A DNA stretch of 63,491 nucleotides, filler included. It is 9 parts of 9 records of this genome, joined end to end, with 100 filler letters (N's around TTAATTAATTAA, not from the genome) between each part and the next. Parts side by side here need not be neighbours in the genome. Positions count along the whole stretch, not along the records: positions 17,643 to 26,616 come from SRR31156797_136636; positions 26,717 to 32,935 come from SRR31156797_137455; 7 more parts are not named here. One strand, given 5' to 3'. Of the stretch, positions 21,035 to 31,424 are shown one piece after another. The notes beneath the pieces are model-generated. The model was not told where the DNA came from. It saw only the letters and a program-made list of their open reading frames with translations, and did not search any database. The position numbers were made by a program, and so were the translations under genes. How positions within the stretch are numbered: position 1 is the first letter of the stretch; each line of letters opens with the position of its first letter.

Positions 21035-22246
21035 TTATACGGCTCTGGACATGGACGGTGCTTCAATACTGAACACCTGACGTCCGTTGACAAAAGCCTG
21101 GGTGATGTGGGCCCAGGCATGCTCCTGGTTTACGATGAGGATATCTGCAGGGGCGCCTGGGAAAAATTGTCCCGGACCTGTTTCCGGGTTGATGTAGCGA
21201 CCGGGCCCTGAGGTGACGGCTGAAAGCCCTGCTTCCAGGTTTTTGATTCTATGGCCTGCCTTAAAGGCCGCCTGGAACAGGGATTCGGGGTAATAGTCCG
21301 ACACCAGTCCCGTGAGCATTCCGGTTTCAAGGACCTGGGATGCCTTGAGATTTCCGCTGGTCGAAGCATCCCTGATCAGGTTGGGAGAACCCATGAAAAC
21401 AGCCATCCCGGCGTTTGATGCCTGTTCGGCGGCAGCCATGGAAACTGGGAATTCACTGGCCTTGACTCCCATGGATCGGACCAGGTCCACCTTTTCCGGT
21501 GTGTCGTCGTCGTGGCTGAGCATGGGGATGCCCCGGGCGGTGACGGCGTCTGCCAGGGTCGTCACCATGTCCCATGCGTCCCGGCTTCCGGTCTGTTTTT
21601 CCCTGGCCCGGTTTTCGATCTCCTCCCTAGTGAGGTCGTACTCGTCCAGGTGGAAGGTCATATAGTCGGTAAGGGATTTGAACTGACCCTGGCCCGGGGT
21701 GTGGTCCATGATGGAGACAATGTCCACGAGACCTTCGTCCAAAAGTTCGAGGATTATTTCAAAACTCTGCTTTGACCCCACCTCGTAGCGGATGTGGGTA
21801 TTGTGCCGGACCAGGGACTGGGGGGAGTTGGTAAAGGCCTTGATTTTTTTCACGCAGCCTGCGGCGGTTCCAGGGGAACGCAGGCCCAGTTCGTTGTCGG
21901 CAAAACTTAAGGCATGAAAAAAACTGGTAATGCCGCAGGCGGCCAGGTGCCGGTCCAGGTTGAGCAGGGCAAATTCTACGTCGAAAAAGACTCCCTTGCG
22001 CTTTTCAATGGAGCGCTCCAGGCTGTCCGAGTGAAGGTCCACAAGCCCCGGCATGATCAGGCTGCCCCTGGTGTTGATGGTACGCAAGTCACGGGGCGCT
22101 GTTTTCCCTTTCCGGGCGGCATGCATGTCTGATTCGTTGCTGTCTGGGACGACCTCAACAACGCAGCCGTTGCGTACAAGGACGGCGCCCTGGGAAATTA
22201 AGCGGTGGCCGTCAAATACCGGTCCGCCTGTGATGAGAAAATTCAT
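21035..22246 (-). CDS. phnM: Alpha-D-ribose 1-methylphosphonate 5-triphosphate diphosphatase
   Basis: PGLVDLHSD, MDHTPGQGQF, SHDD, EFPV and SDYYP. Confidence 0.93.
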   Translation of the reverse strand: MNFLITGGPVFDGHRLISQGAVLVRNGCVVEVVPDSNESDMHAARKGKTAPRDLRTINTRGSLIMPGLVDLHSDSLERSIEKRKGVFFDVEFALLNLDRHLAACGITSFFHALSFADNELGLRSPGTAAGCVKKIKAFTNSPQSLVRHNTHIRYEVGSKQSFEIILELLDEGLVDIVSIMDHTPGQGQFKSLTDYMTFHLDEYDLTREEIENRAREKQTGSRDAWDMVTTLADAVTARGIPMLSHDDDTPEKVDLVRSMGVKASEFPVSMAAAEQASNAGMAVFMGSPNLIRDASTSGNLKASQVLETGMLTGLVSDYYPESLFQAAFKAGHRIKNLEAGLSAVTSGPGRYINPETGPGQFFPGAPADILIVNQEHAWAHITQAFVNGRQVFSIEAPSMSRAV

Positions 22247-22977
22247 GCCTGTACCTCCTGTTTTTCTGCCTGGGGGCTTATGGTTGCTGGGGTCATATTG
22301 ATGGCCAGGCCTTTTATTTTTTCCCGGTCGGATTTGTCGTGGAAGACCCCAATGACGCAGGTCCCCGAATTCACACTTTCGGTTATCAGGTCGATGACGG
22401 TTTGCTTGTTTTTAGGGTCCAAAGAAGCAGTGGGTTCATCCAGAAGCATCACAGGATAGGGGGCGATGAATCCCCGGGCAATGTTGATGCGTTGCTGTTC
22501 ACCGCCGGAAAAGGTCGTGGCCGACAGCGCCCAGAGGTTTTCTGGGATGCTCAGTCGCGCCAGCATCTCTTTGCCCCGAATTCTTGCCTTTGATTCGGCT
22601 ATACCCCGGGCCACCAGGGGTTCAATCACCGTATCCAGGGCCGAAACCCTGGGTACCACCCTGAGGAACTGGCTGACATAGCCGACGGTATGCCGTCGGA
22701 TTTCGTAAACCAGGCCCGGCGGGGCCGAGGCCATGTCCACGGTCTTACCCTTGTGCCGGATCAGGATTTTGCCCCTGGGGGTGCTGTACCCCGCATAGAT
22801 CATGCGCAGCAGGGTGCTTTTGCCCACGCCCGAGGGGCCGGTGAGGATGCTGGCACAGGCGGGGTAAAACTTCATGGAAAAATTGTCCAGTACCGATAGG
22901 CGCGTGCCGCCCTGGTGGTGGAATATAAAGTCTTTGTGGATGTTGATCAGGGTGAGTATTGCGTCCATATTTTTCAT
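22243..22977 (-). CDS. phnL: C-P lyase ATP-binding subunit PhnL
   Basis: GPSGVGKST, GYVSQFLRVVPRV and TFSGGEQQRINIARG. Confidence 0.93.
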   Translation of the reverse strand: MKNMDAILTLINIHKDFIFHHQGGTRLSVLDNFSMKFYPACASILTGPSGVGKSTLLRMIYAGYSTPRGKILIRHKGKTVDMASAPPGLVYEIRRHTVGYVSQFLRVVPRVSALDTVIEPLVARGIAESKARIRGKEMLARLSIPENLWALSATTFSGGEQQRINIARGFIAPYPVMLLDEPTASLDPKNKQTVIDLITESVNSGTCVIGVFHDKSDREKIKGLAINMTPATISPQAEKQEVQA

Positions 22978-22988
22978 TGCAGGTGCCT

Positions 22989-23774
22989 TTAAGGTTTAAG
23001 GATTGATGAGACCAGCAGTTGGGTATAGGGCTGCCTGGGATCATCCAGAATCTGGTCACTTAAACCCGATTCCACGATCCGGCCCTTTTTCATGACGTAG
23101 AGCCTGTGACTGAGCAGTCTGGCCACGGCAAGGTCATGGGTGACCAGAATCATGGAGAGCTTCAGCCCTGCCACAAGTTTTCTGAGCACATCAATGAGCC
23201 GCGCCTGGACCGAAACATCCAGCCCGGATGTGGGTTCATCCATGAGCATGATTTTCGGGTCCGAGACCAGGTTGGCGGCAATCTGAAGCCGCTGCTGCAT
23301 GCCGCCGGAAAAGGTGGTGGGCAGATCGTTGATGCGTTCCGGGTCGATCTCCACCCGTTCCAGCCAGTCCTGGGCGATTTTGCGGATTTGTGTGTAGTTG
23401 CGCATGCCGTTGGCCATGAGGCGTTCTCCGATGTTTCCGCCTGCCGAAATGTTCATGCGCAGACCATCCCTGGGATTCTGGGTGACAAAACCGGTCTGGG
23501 TTCGGGCAATTTTGCGCAGCAGGATTTCATCGGCCTGGATCAAATCAAGAAAACCAAAGGATGAGTTGAAAAAGACCGAGCCGTTGGTTGGCGTTTCGGT
23601 GCCTGAAATGCATTTTAGCAGGGTGGATTTACCGGAGCCTGACTCGCCCACAATGCCGATGACCTCCCCTTGGGCCAGTTCAAAACTGATATTATTGCAC
23701 CCGATTGTCCTGCCGTAGAACTTGGACAAATTTTGGACACGCAATAAGGGCAAATTCGGGGCGCTTGTGATCAT
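22989..23774 (-). CDS. phnK: C-P lyase ATP-binding subunit PhnK
   Basis: GESGSGKST, SAGGNIGERLM and FSGGMQQRLQIA; ATGA overlap with the phnJ stop. Confidence 0.93.
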   Translation of the reverse strand: MITSAPNLPLLRVQNLSKFYGRTIGCNNISFELAQGEVIGIVGESGSGKSTLLKCISGTETPTNGSVFFNSSFGFLDLIQADEILLRKIARTQTGFVTQNPRDGLRMNISAGGNIGERLMANGMRNYTQIRKIAQDWLERVEIDPERINDLPTTFSGGMQQRLQIAANLVSDPKIMLMDEPTSGLDVSVQARLIDVLRKLVAGLKLSMILVTHDLAVARLLSHRLYVMKKGRIVESGLSDQILDDPRQPYTQLLVSSILKP

Positions 23775-24595
23775 GATGCCTCCTTGCGCTTTTGGCAATA
23801 CTCCGTATCAGAGCAGACAAAGAGCCGGGTTCCTTTGTCATCGGTGAGGATTTCATCCAGAAACGAGTTTCTGGCGTTGCAGATGGCGCAGGCCTTGTTC
23901 CATTTTTCCTGCTCAAAGGGAAAATCGTCAAAATCCAGGCTGACCACATCGGTATAAGGGGGAACGGCATAGATCCGCTTTTCCCGGCCCGCACCAAAAA
24001 GGTGAATGGCGGGGGACTGGTGGAGCTTGGGGTTGTCGAATTTGGGGTTGGGGGATGGGCTCATGATATATCTGTGGTTCACCAGAACAGGATAGTCAAA
24101 GGAGAGCGCAATGCGGCCGTGCTTGGCAATATCCTCATAGAGTTTGACATACATGGTGCCGTATTCCGAAAAGGCGTGCATTTTGGCCGCTTCGGGCCGC
24201 CGGGGTTCGATAAATTGCAGGGGATCGGGGATGGGGACCTGGTAAACCATGATTTGGCCTTGGGTCAAAGGCGTTTCTGGTATCCTGTGCCGGGTCTGGA
24301 TGATGGAGGCCTTGATGGTCTGCTCGGTGATGGCGATGCCGGCGGTTTTTCTGAAAAAATCCTTGATACTCACGGCATTGACCGTATCGTCCGAGCCCTG
24401 GTCGATGACTTTGAGTGTATCGGCCTTTCCCAAAAGGGAGGCTGTCAGCTGGATACCGCCTGTGCCCCATCCGTATGGCAGGGGCATCTCCCGACCGCCA
24501 AAGGGCACCTGAAATCCGGGGATGGCCATGGCTTTGAGAACGGCCCTGCGGATCATTTTCTTAGTCTGTTCGTCCAAATATGCAAAGTTATACAC
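23771..24595 (-). CDS. phnJ: C-P lyase catalytic radical SAM subunit
   Basis: YNFAYLDEQTK and REMPLPYGWGTGG (glycyl radical region); CAIC...VCSDTEYC cluster ligands. Confidence 0.96.
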   Translation of the reverse strand: MYNFAYLDEQTKKMIRRAVLKAMAIPGFQVPFGGREMPLPYGWGTGGIQLTASLLGKADTLKVIDQGSDDTVNAVSIKDFFRKTAGIAITEQTIKASIIQTRHRIPETPLTQGQIMVYQVPIPDPLQFIEPRRPEAAKMHAFSEYGTMYVKLYEDIAKHGRIALSFDYPVLVNHRYIMSPSPNPKFDNPKLHQSPAIHLFGAGREKRIYAVPPYTDVVSLDFDDFPFEQEKWNKACAICNARNSFLDEILTDDKGTRLFVCSDTEYCQKRKEAS

Positions 24596-25715
24596 GACAG
24601 GTATCCTTTTGTTTTACTTTCGATTTTCTTTTTTTGTTCTGGTTCCGGATAAACACCAGTTCGGACTGGAAATCCACATAATGGGGCAGCTTAAGGTGCT
24701 GGACGAATCCGGAGGATTCAACATTGTCGCTGTGGGCAAGGATGAATTCTTGATCCTGGGCCGGATATCTTATTCGGGCATCCTCCTGTCCGGCCTTTGT
24801 CAGGGATCGGTCCAGCAACGCCATGGACATGGCCTTGCGCTCATTTTGACCAAAGACAATACCATACCCGTTTTCCAGCCCGGCTTTCCTGTCGTTGTCA
24901 CCGTTGGTACGGTTGACCATAAAGCATTCGGTGAGTTTGACTTCACCGATTTCGATTTCAAACCCCAGTTCCGGCGGGGTGTAGACCAGCGTGGCCCAGC
25001 CCACCCTTAATTCGCCCAGGAACGGGTGCCGGTCCATGCCGAATCCCCGCTGCAGGGAGTAGGCCGAGGCCAGCAGAAATCCTTCATCCCCCCGGGCCAT
25101 ATTCTGGAGTCTGACCTCCCGCCCGGCGGGCAATTTTAGGGGGTGCCGGGTCAAATCCGGCACGGGCGCTTCGATTAGATCTTTCTGGATTTCTGGTATA
25201 AGATCCTGTTTGACCAGCAAATTCCGGACCCAGGGAATGAATTTATCGTGGATAGGGCCGGTTTCGGGATGGCTGGGTTCAGGTATGGGGGGCGGCTGTT
25301 CCGATTGGCTTTCCTGTCCCTCAAATTCAATGAGCCGGTGGGTATAATCGTAGGTTGGCCCCAGAATCTGTCCACCGGGAATGTCCTTGAATATGCCTGA
25401 AATCCGGCGGGAAAGGCGCATTTTATCGGTGGCGGCGGGTTTTGAATTGCCGAACCTGGGCAGTGTGGTTCTAAAAGCCCTGACCAGAAAAATCGCCTCT
25501 ATCAGATCCCCCTGGGCCTGGCGAATCGCAGTGGCTGCGGCCAGGGGGTCGTATAGTGATCCTTCTGCCATGACCCGGTCCACGGCCAGGCCCATTTGGT
25601 TCATAATCTGTTCCACCTGAATTCTTGCAAGGGCCTGATCCCCCCGGCGGGCTTTGGCCACCAGGCGTCTGGCGTGTTTGACTGCATTTTCCCCGCCTTT
25701 GACCGCTACATACAT
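24588..25715 (-). CDS. phnI: C-P lyase subunit PhnI
   Basis: MYVAVKGGE, GGQILGPTYDYTHRL and HLKLPHYVDFQSEL. Confidence 0.96.
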   Translation of the reverse strand: MYVAVKGGENAVKHARRLVAKARRGDQALARIQVEQIMNQMGLAVDRVMAEGSLYDPLAAATAIRQAQGDLIEAIFLVRAFRTTLPRFGNSKPAATDKMRLSRRISGIFKDIPGGQILGPTYDYTHRLIEFEGQESQSEQPPPIPEPSHPETGPIHDKFIPWVRNLLVKQDLIPEIQKDLIEAPVPDLTRHPLKLPAGREVRLQNMARGDEGFLLASAYSLQRGFGMDRHPFLGELRVGWATLVYTPPELGFEIEIGEVKLTECFMVNRTNGDNDRKAGLENGYGIVFGQNERKAMSMALLDRSLTKAGQEDARIRYPAQDQEFILAHSDNVESSGFVQHLKLPHYVDFQSELVFIRNQNKKRKSKVKQKDTCRV

Positions 25716-26293
25716 CAGATCACCTCCAGGGTTGTGGTTCTGGGGATGGCCGTGAACTGACGGTCGCAGACAAAAATCATGTCGATCCCCAACGGATAGC
25801 CTGACCCTATCTCCTTGCGTTTGACAAAGAAATTTTCCTTTATGCCTTTGAGATTTATGAAGCGTTCTTTCCGGATGCCGGGACCGGCCAGGCGGATACG
25901 CCCCCGGTCGTCCATGCCCCGGGTGTGGATAATCAGGGTGGTGGAAAGGTCCGGAGATTCTATGGTGCCGGGATTGAATTGTTCCAAGGCGTCAAATGTA
26001 TCATAATCCGTCACCAGGGCAAATCCGGCTTGGGCGCTGGTATGGATATACGGGGCCCCGGTATGGAACCTAAGCCATTGCACGGCGGCGTTTTGGCTTT
26101 CAAGGTCCGTCCATAAGGGGGTCTCAAAATCCATGAGGGTAAGCAGGATCGCACCAGAAGCGTGGTGGAGCGGTGTCTGGGGAGAAAGATTTACATCCAG
26201 CGCCATAATTTTACCCGGCGAGGCCATGGCACCAAGGAGTTTTCGAAAGACCTTCTGGCTGTCAAAGGTCTGGGATACAAAGCCTGATTTCAT
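25715..26293 (-). CDS. phnH: C-P lyase subunit PhnH
   Basis: SQKVFRKLLGAMASPG, WLRFHTGAP, GPGI and IPRTT. Confidence 0.93.
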   Translation of the reverse strand: MKSGFVSQTFDSQKVFRKLLGAMASPGKIMALDVNLSPQTPLHHASGAILLTLMDFETPLWTDLESQNAAVQWLRFHTGAPYIHTSAQAGFALVTDYDTFDALEQFNPGTIESPDLSTTLIIHTRGMDDRGRIRLAGPGIRKERFINLKGIKENFFVKRKEIGSGYPLGIDMIFVCDRQFTAIPRTTTLEVI

Positions 26294-26294
26294 C

Positions 26295-26616
26295 CTATTC
26301 CCCCCGTTTCATGGTAAAAAATTCCACCTTTGAGGACTGGGCCTGCCGGGCCTCTTTTTCCCGGTGACCTTGCTGCATCCGGCGCAGTGCCGGAACCAGG
26401 GATCCCCTGAGGTCCGGCCCGGGATCGGGCAGCTGGAGCATGGCATCAAACAATGCGGCCAGCTCAGCGTGGCGCAGATCCGAGCCCATGACCATGGCAT
26501 ACCCCATGACCCCGTCCAGTTTGAGAATGCACCGGGATACGGTCACTTCGCCCAGGTTGAACCTTGGACCTGCCCCGTCCTGGCGGGCCTGCATCATGAT
26601 CATTCCGGTTTCCGGC
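26295..26616 (-). CDS. phnG: C-P lyase subunit PhnG (5'-truncated)
   Basis: FNLGEVTVSRC and KVEFFTMKRGE. Confidence 0.92.
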
Positions 26617-26716
26617 NNNNNNNNNNNNNNNNNNNNNNNNNNNNNNNNNNNNNNNNNNNNTTAATTAATTAANNNNNNNNNNNNNNNNNNNNNNNNNNNN
26701 NNNNNNNNNNNNNNNN
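26617..26716. other. Artificial contig spacer
   Basis: N-TTAATTAATTAA-N linker. Confidence 0.99.
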
Positions 26717-26718
26717 TT

Positions 26719-27726
26719 TCATGGACCTGCTTGCTGCTGGATGATATTATATTCCCGGGATATCGTCGCATTGAAATACAAAAACCCCTGTTTATCGTGG
26801 GTTATCCTCGGAGCGGTACAACTTATCTCCATCGTCTCATCAACAATGACGCCAACCAGTTCTCGTCCCTAAAACTCTGGGAGATTCTTTTTGCCCCATC
26901 CATATTGCAGAAAAAGATTTTTTTGTTTCTGGGTAAATGCGACCGCATGATCGGAAAACCCCTTTACCGGTTATTGGTCGCACTTGAGGACCGCGCATTT
27001 GCAGGTTCACGCCCCATGCACCGGCTCAGCCTTTTTGAAGCTGAAGAGGATGAGATCATTTTGATTCACATTTTCTCCTCAATATTTTTAAAATACATGT
27101 TTCCGTTTGAGGAAATGGACAGGTTCGCGCATTTTGATACGGGTGTGCCGGAAAAGCAGCGAGAGGCCGTCATGCGCTTCTACAAGAAATGCGTGCAACG
27201 TCACCTCTATGTATTTGGCCCGGACAAACGGTTTTTATCCAAGAACCCGGCTTCCAGCTCAAAAATCAACGCTATCTATGATACGTTTCCAAATGCAAAA
27301 GTTGCCTGTGTGGTGCGCCACCCGTTTGAATCCGTACCTTCGACCATCAGTTGGATATCATACGGATTTGTGCAGTTTAATGATATAGATCCGTCTCTGG
27401 GCCCCGGTATGATCATGGAGCTCACCTCCCACTGGTGTACCTATCCGCTGGAGGAACTTGACAGGCGGCCCGAAAATGCGCGGATGATCAATGTGTACGA
27501 CAACCTGACGGGCGATCCGGACGCATTTATTTCAGGGCTTTACGAACGCTTCGGATACGACATGTCCGATGAGTACAAGGCGCTCCTGGAGGAACAGACG
27601 CGAAATGCGATAAAGTATAAAAGCAAACATTCCTATTCCCTTGAGCAGTATGGTCTGACCCGGGAAGGGGTTGCGGCGAAGTTTAAACCGGTTTTTGATC
27701 GTTTTGGATTTGATGTTGTTGGATAA
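26719..27726 (+). CDS. PAPS-dependent sulfotransferase family protein (5'-truncated)
   Basis: 5'-PSB loop PLFIVGYPRSGTTYLH, SKNP, RHP...S and C-terminal HSYSLEQYGL. Confidence 0.85.
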   Translation, partial: SWTCLLLDDIIFPGYRRIEIQKPLFIVGYPRSGTTYLHRLINNDANQFSSLKLWEILFAPSILQKKIFLFLGKCDRMIGKPLYRLLVALEDRAFAGSRPMHRLSLFEAEEDEIILIHIFSSIFLKYMFPFEEMDRFAHFDTGVPEKQREAVMRFYKKCVQRHLYVFGPDKRFLSKNPASSSKINAIYDTFPNAKVACVVRHPFESVPSTISWISYGFVQFNDIDPSLGPGMIMELTSHWCTYPLEELDRRPENARMINVYDNLTGDPDAFISGLYERFGYDMSDEYKALLEEQTRNAIKYKSKHSYSLEQYGLTREGVAAKFKPVFDRFGFDVVG

Positions 27727-27843
27727 AAATGGGATCCGACCGACGGACGCTATCGTCGCGATCCTTTTGAAAACCAAAGCGTGAATTTTCACACGAATCC
27801 GGGCGTCGCCCCAACTTTGAAATCACGGCGCCTAACGCATAAT

Positions 27844-28944
27844 TCAATATAACCAGACCAGAACCAAAGCGGATAAAACAACGCTGACAATACGTACGCT
27901 TTGATTGATGATTATAACCTGCATGCCGAGGGCGGGGGTGTAAATTCCCATGTACTGAGGCATCTGGTGGCGTAGGGCCCGGATTGGCGTCGCCGCCACA
28001 TTTCCGATCATTAAAGCCAAAACCGCATCCTTGACCGCAAGGCTGCCCGCCTGCATCAGGGCGCCGGCCGCGGCGAATCCACTGGTGAACTCGGCGACAA
28101 GAGAAAAAACAACCAGGCTCATAGCTTCAACCGGCACAACCGAGGTAGATATCCAACCGGCCATGGCCGTCCGCAACCACCCGAAAAATCCTGATTCAGC
28201 CAACAATACAACCGCGAAATACACCGGAACTATGACAATAACCAAGCGTTTAAGCCTTTGTTTGAATTTCGGCCATGTTTCCGCCCAGACTTCCTTAAGC
28301 GGTCTTTTTTCAGGCGCCTTGTCGGGCTCGCAAACATCACAGGACGTCATGATCAAACGGCTTACAAGGTTGACTCCTATAAACCTCAACAGGGCCGCGA
28401 AAAACATCATGGCCATGTAGAGCAGCCCTGCTTTTCCGGTTAAAGAGAGAGCGATAAACAGCGTCGTCGGCATGTGCAACACGTAAACAGGCAGGGAATT
28501 GCACAGCAGGTTGGCTAAAATCAGCCCCTTCTTGTCCAGCTTGCCTTCCTGCCAGCTTGTGAATATCAGGGTGTTGGCAAAAACCCCTGAAATGAAAGCG
28601 GTTGTAAAAGCCGCGCCCGCCGGACCGGGCAGCCTGGACCAATTAATGAGCGGCTTTACCAGGCTCCCCAGGCGCGCCGTCCAGCCCAGGCTCTCGATAA
28701 TCTGTCCTATTAACAACCCTAATGAAATAAAGGCGATAGTCCTTAGGATCGGACGTCCGATTTTGGACCAGATGTTGGCGGGGCGGAAGAAATCGGCCGG
28801 GTCGACATGGGAAGACGCCAGGTAGATCAAACCGGTTATTAAAATAATGGATACAAATATCCAGAGGCCGGGTCCGGTCTTTCTTTTATGTCTCTTTTTA
28901 GGTGGTTCGTTGCCGTTATCCAATTTTTCTATCCGATAGATCAA
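27844..28944 (-). CDS. Nucleoside-recognition (Gate) domain membrane protein
   Basis: Multi-TM protein (AFTTAFISGVFAN...RALRHQMPQYMGIY); last gene of the cbiK-ABC-cbiL operon. Confidence 0.7.
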   Translation of the reverse strand: MIYRIEKLDNGNEPPKKRHKRKTGPGLWIFVSIILITGLIYLASSHVDPADFFRPANIWSKIGRPILRTIAFISLGLLIGQIIESLGWTARLGSLVKPLINWSRLPGPAGAAFTTAFISGVFANTLIFTSWQEGKLDKKGLILANLLCNSLPVYVLHMPTTLFIALSLTGKAGLLYMAMMFFAALLRFIGVNLVSRLIMTSCDVCEPDKAPEKRPLKEVWAETWPKFKQRLKRLVIVIVPVYFAVVLLAESGFFGWLRTAMAGWISTSVVPVEAMSLVVFSLVAEFTSGFAAAGALMQAGSLAVKDAVLALMIGNVAATPIRALRHQMPQYMGIYTPALGMQVIIINQSVRIVSVVLSALVLVWLY

Positions 28945-28955
28945 TTCGTTGAAAA

Positions 28956-29690
28956 CTACACTAGGCCGCTCCGCTTAACTATCATCAACGAAAGATATGG
29001 CGGAACGTCATCTCGTTCAACCCTGGCGCCCCATTCAATGGTCTCATCCTTGTGGCCGCAACGGGATACCAATACCGCTTTTTTTTCCAAACCGTGTTTT
29101 TCAAGCGCCCTGGCAATATCCTCATAATTTCTATAGGCTTTCATTATAACCAGGTTTTCGGAACTCGCGGCCAACTCTTCGATCCGCTCCCTTTCACTAA
29201 TACCGGGAATTATTAAAAGGGGCTCCCGACCCATGGCCAGGGGCACGTTAAGGCGCGCCGCCGCGGCCTGGTAGGACGTGACTCCCGGTATGGCGACCAC
29301 ATTGACGTTATTGTCGATTTCATAGACGGTTTTCATCAGATAACAGAAAGTGCTATAGGTCATCGGATCGCCGATTGTAATGAAGGCTGCGTCCCGGCCA
29401 GAATTCAATGCATCCAGAACCATGACCGCGTTTTCGCGCCAGGCCGTGTTCAAGTCCGTGGATTTTTCAGTCATGGGAAAAGGCAGCATGATTATTTCAG
29501 TTGTCTCATCCAAGTGTTCCCTGACAACGTCGAGAGCGTGACTGTAATTGTTTTTCGGTGAACTGGCTGCAAACACAACCGGCGCGCTTTTTATTATTTC
29601 CAAAGCTTTTATTGTTACCAGTTTTGGGTCGCCTGGGCCAACCCCGACTCCATACAGCGTGCCTTGATGTGATGCGGTTTGATTGGTCAT
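28956..29690 (-). CDS. cbiL: Precorrin-2/cobalt-factor II C20-methyltransferase
   Basis: GTLYGVGVGPGDP, AFITIGDPMTYSTF, IPGVTSY and PYLSLMIV. Confidence 0.92.
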   Translation of the reverse strand: MTNQTASHQGTLYGVGVGPGDPKLVTIKALEIIKSAPVVFAASSPKNNYSHALDVVREHLDETTEIIMLPFPMTEKSTDLNTAWRENAVMVLDALNSGRDAAFITIGDPMTYSTFCYLMKTVYEIDNNVNVVAIPGVTSYQAAAARLNVPLAMGREPLLIIPGISERERIEELAASSENLVIMKAYRNYEDIARALEKHGLEKKAVLVSRCGHKDETIEWGARVERDDVPPYLSLMIVKRSGLV

Positions 29691-29695
29691 TGTGA

Positions 29696-30634
29696 TTATT
29701 CCTCTATGGTTTTACTGAATTTATCAGGATACAGAACTTTAGCAATTTCATTTATGCCCTTCAAAAGCCTCATGGTTGGACGTGATACAAGTCTTTCATC
29801 CACAATGTATATCCTGTCTTCCCGGACGGCTTTTATGGCTCCAAAACCCGACTCCCGCCTGATCTGCTCTACGCTGACCTTGTTCATTACTCCTTTTTGA
29901 GCCAGGTAAACGTCTATTTCCGAAGCATGGGACAAAATTCGTTCTTTGCCGTAGGCGGCAATGTTCGTGTTGTGAACGGGCTTTGCATCCGCGGCGATAT
30001 TTATACCGCCCGCGGATTCAAGAGCGAATATCGGGACCGCTGTCGGGGAAAACGTCTTCATTTTGCTGTGAATGGATTCAAAGTAGACTTTTTTCTTTTC
30101 TTTTATGACCGATGTCAAAGACAGGATCGAATTCAATTCCCTGGTAAATGTCTCAATCATCTGCTCAGCCTGCTTTTCCCTTCCGGTCAGCATTCCCAAA
30201 CGGCGCCAATACTCAAACATGTCGTCGACCGTTGAAGGTTGAAGGCTGACAACCATAATGCCGGCATCCTGCAGCCTCGCCGCCAGGCGGCGATACCCGT
30301 TGAAAATCATGGGGCGGATCAAAACCAGGTCCGGCCGGGCGGCAATAAACTTTTCCGGGTCGTCCCGATAACTGAAGGTCTGCTTTGTCAGGGCGTTTTC
30401 GGGAAAGTCCTCGCTGGTGGATACGCCCACAATCCGCTCATCCAAGCCAAGGGAATAAAGATTCTCCGTGTGCGCGGCATAAAGGGAAATGATGCGTTCA
30501 TAAACCCGGCCCGTTTTTATCATCCGCCCTGAATCGTCATGGAAGCCTTTTGTCTGACCAAAAGCGGGCGCAGCAAAAAGGATGGAGGCCGCAAATATCA
30601 GGATAATGCTGAATGTCCTCAGGCTTCTAAACAT
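29696..30634 (-). CDS. Fe/B12-type ABC substrate-binding protein
   Basis: Signal peptide from ATG 30634; RIISLYAAHTENL and EKFIAARPDLVL. Confidence 0.85.
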   Translation of the reverse strand: MFRSLRTFSIILIFAASILFAAPAFGQTKGFHDDSGRMIKTGRVYERIISLYAAHTENLYSLGLDERIVGVSTSEDFPENALTKQTFSYRDDPEKFIAARPDLVLIRPMIFNGYRRLAARLQDAGIMVVSLQPSTVDDMFEYWRRLGMLTGREKQAEQMIETFTRELNSILSLTSVIKEKKKVYFESIHSKMKTFSPTAVPIFALESAGGINIAADAKPVHNTNIAAYGKERILSHASEIDVYLAQKGVMNKVSVEQIRRESGFGAIKAVREDRIYIVDERLVSRPTMRLLKGINEIAKVLYPDKFSKTIEE

Positions 30635-31424
30635 GTCCCGGTTCTTTCCTGTACACAATGCGCCTGGATTGGGAAAAATCGTCATAATAGATTTTTGCTT
30701 CGACACCGAACACCTGGCTGACGATTTCCGGGATCAACGTCGCTTCCACCGTTCCAACGGCATGAATCAATCCATCTTTTAAAAAAACAAGTTCATCGCA
30801 ATAGGCCGCCGCCAGGTTCAAATCATGCATTATGGCTGCAACGGTCCGGCCCGATGCAACTTTGGCGGACGCAACCTGTAAAATGTGCAGGGCGTGCTGA
30901 ATGTCGAGGTTCGAAGTTGGTTCATCCAAAAGCATTACCGGCGTGTCCTGGGCCAGGGCGCGGGCCAAAACCACGCGCTGTTTTTCTCCTCCGGAAAGGT
31001 CGGTCACATATTTATTTTCAAACTCGCTCACACCGATTTCCTTCATGGAATTATAAACTATTTCCAGGTCGATTTCAGAAGGCCGGGCAAAACGGGTCAT
31101 GTGAGGGTGGCGCCCCATTAAAACGATTTCGCCGACTGTAAATGGAAAATTAATGGTGAACTCCTGGGGCACGACCGCGATGCTCCGGGCCAGTTCCCTT
31201 GAAGAATAATCTCCTAGTTTCTTTTCCCTGAAAAAGACTTCTCCCTTTGTCGGTTTTTTATAACCAGCCAGTAAATCCATGAGTGTGGTTTTGCCGGAAC
31301 CGTTCGGTCCGACAATTCCGTAAAACCGTCCCTGGTTTATCGTGAATGAAATATCATTCAATACGGGGTTGTTCCCGTACGCAAAACACAGCCCTTTGGC
31401 GGAAAAAACGGTTTTTTCAGCCAT
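30627..31424 (-). CDS. Fe/B12-type ABC ATPase
   Basis: GPNGSGKTT, LSGGEKQRV and HDLNLAAAYCD. Confidence 0.9.
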   Translation of the reverse strand: MAEKTVFSAKGLCFAYGNNPVLNDISFTINQGRFYGIVGPNGSGKTTLMDLLAGYKKPTKGEVFFREKKLGDYSSRELARSIAVVPQEFTINFPFTVGEIVLMGRHPHMTRFARPSEIDLEIVYNSMKEIGVSEFENKYVTDLSGGEKQRVVLARALAQDTPVMLLDEPTSNLDIQHALHILQVASAKVASGRTVAAIMHDLNLAAAYCDELVFLKDGLIHAVGTVEATLIPEIVSQVFGVEAKIYYDDFSQSRRIVYRKEPGHV

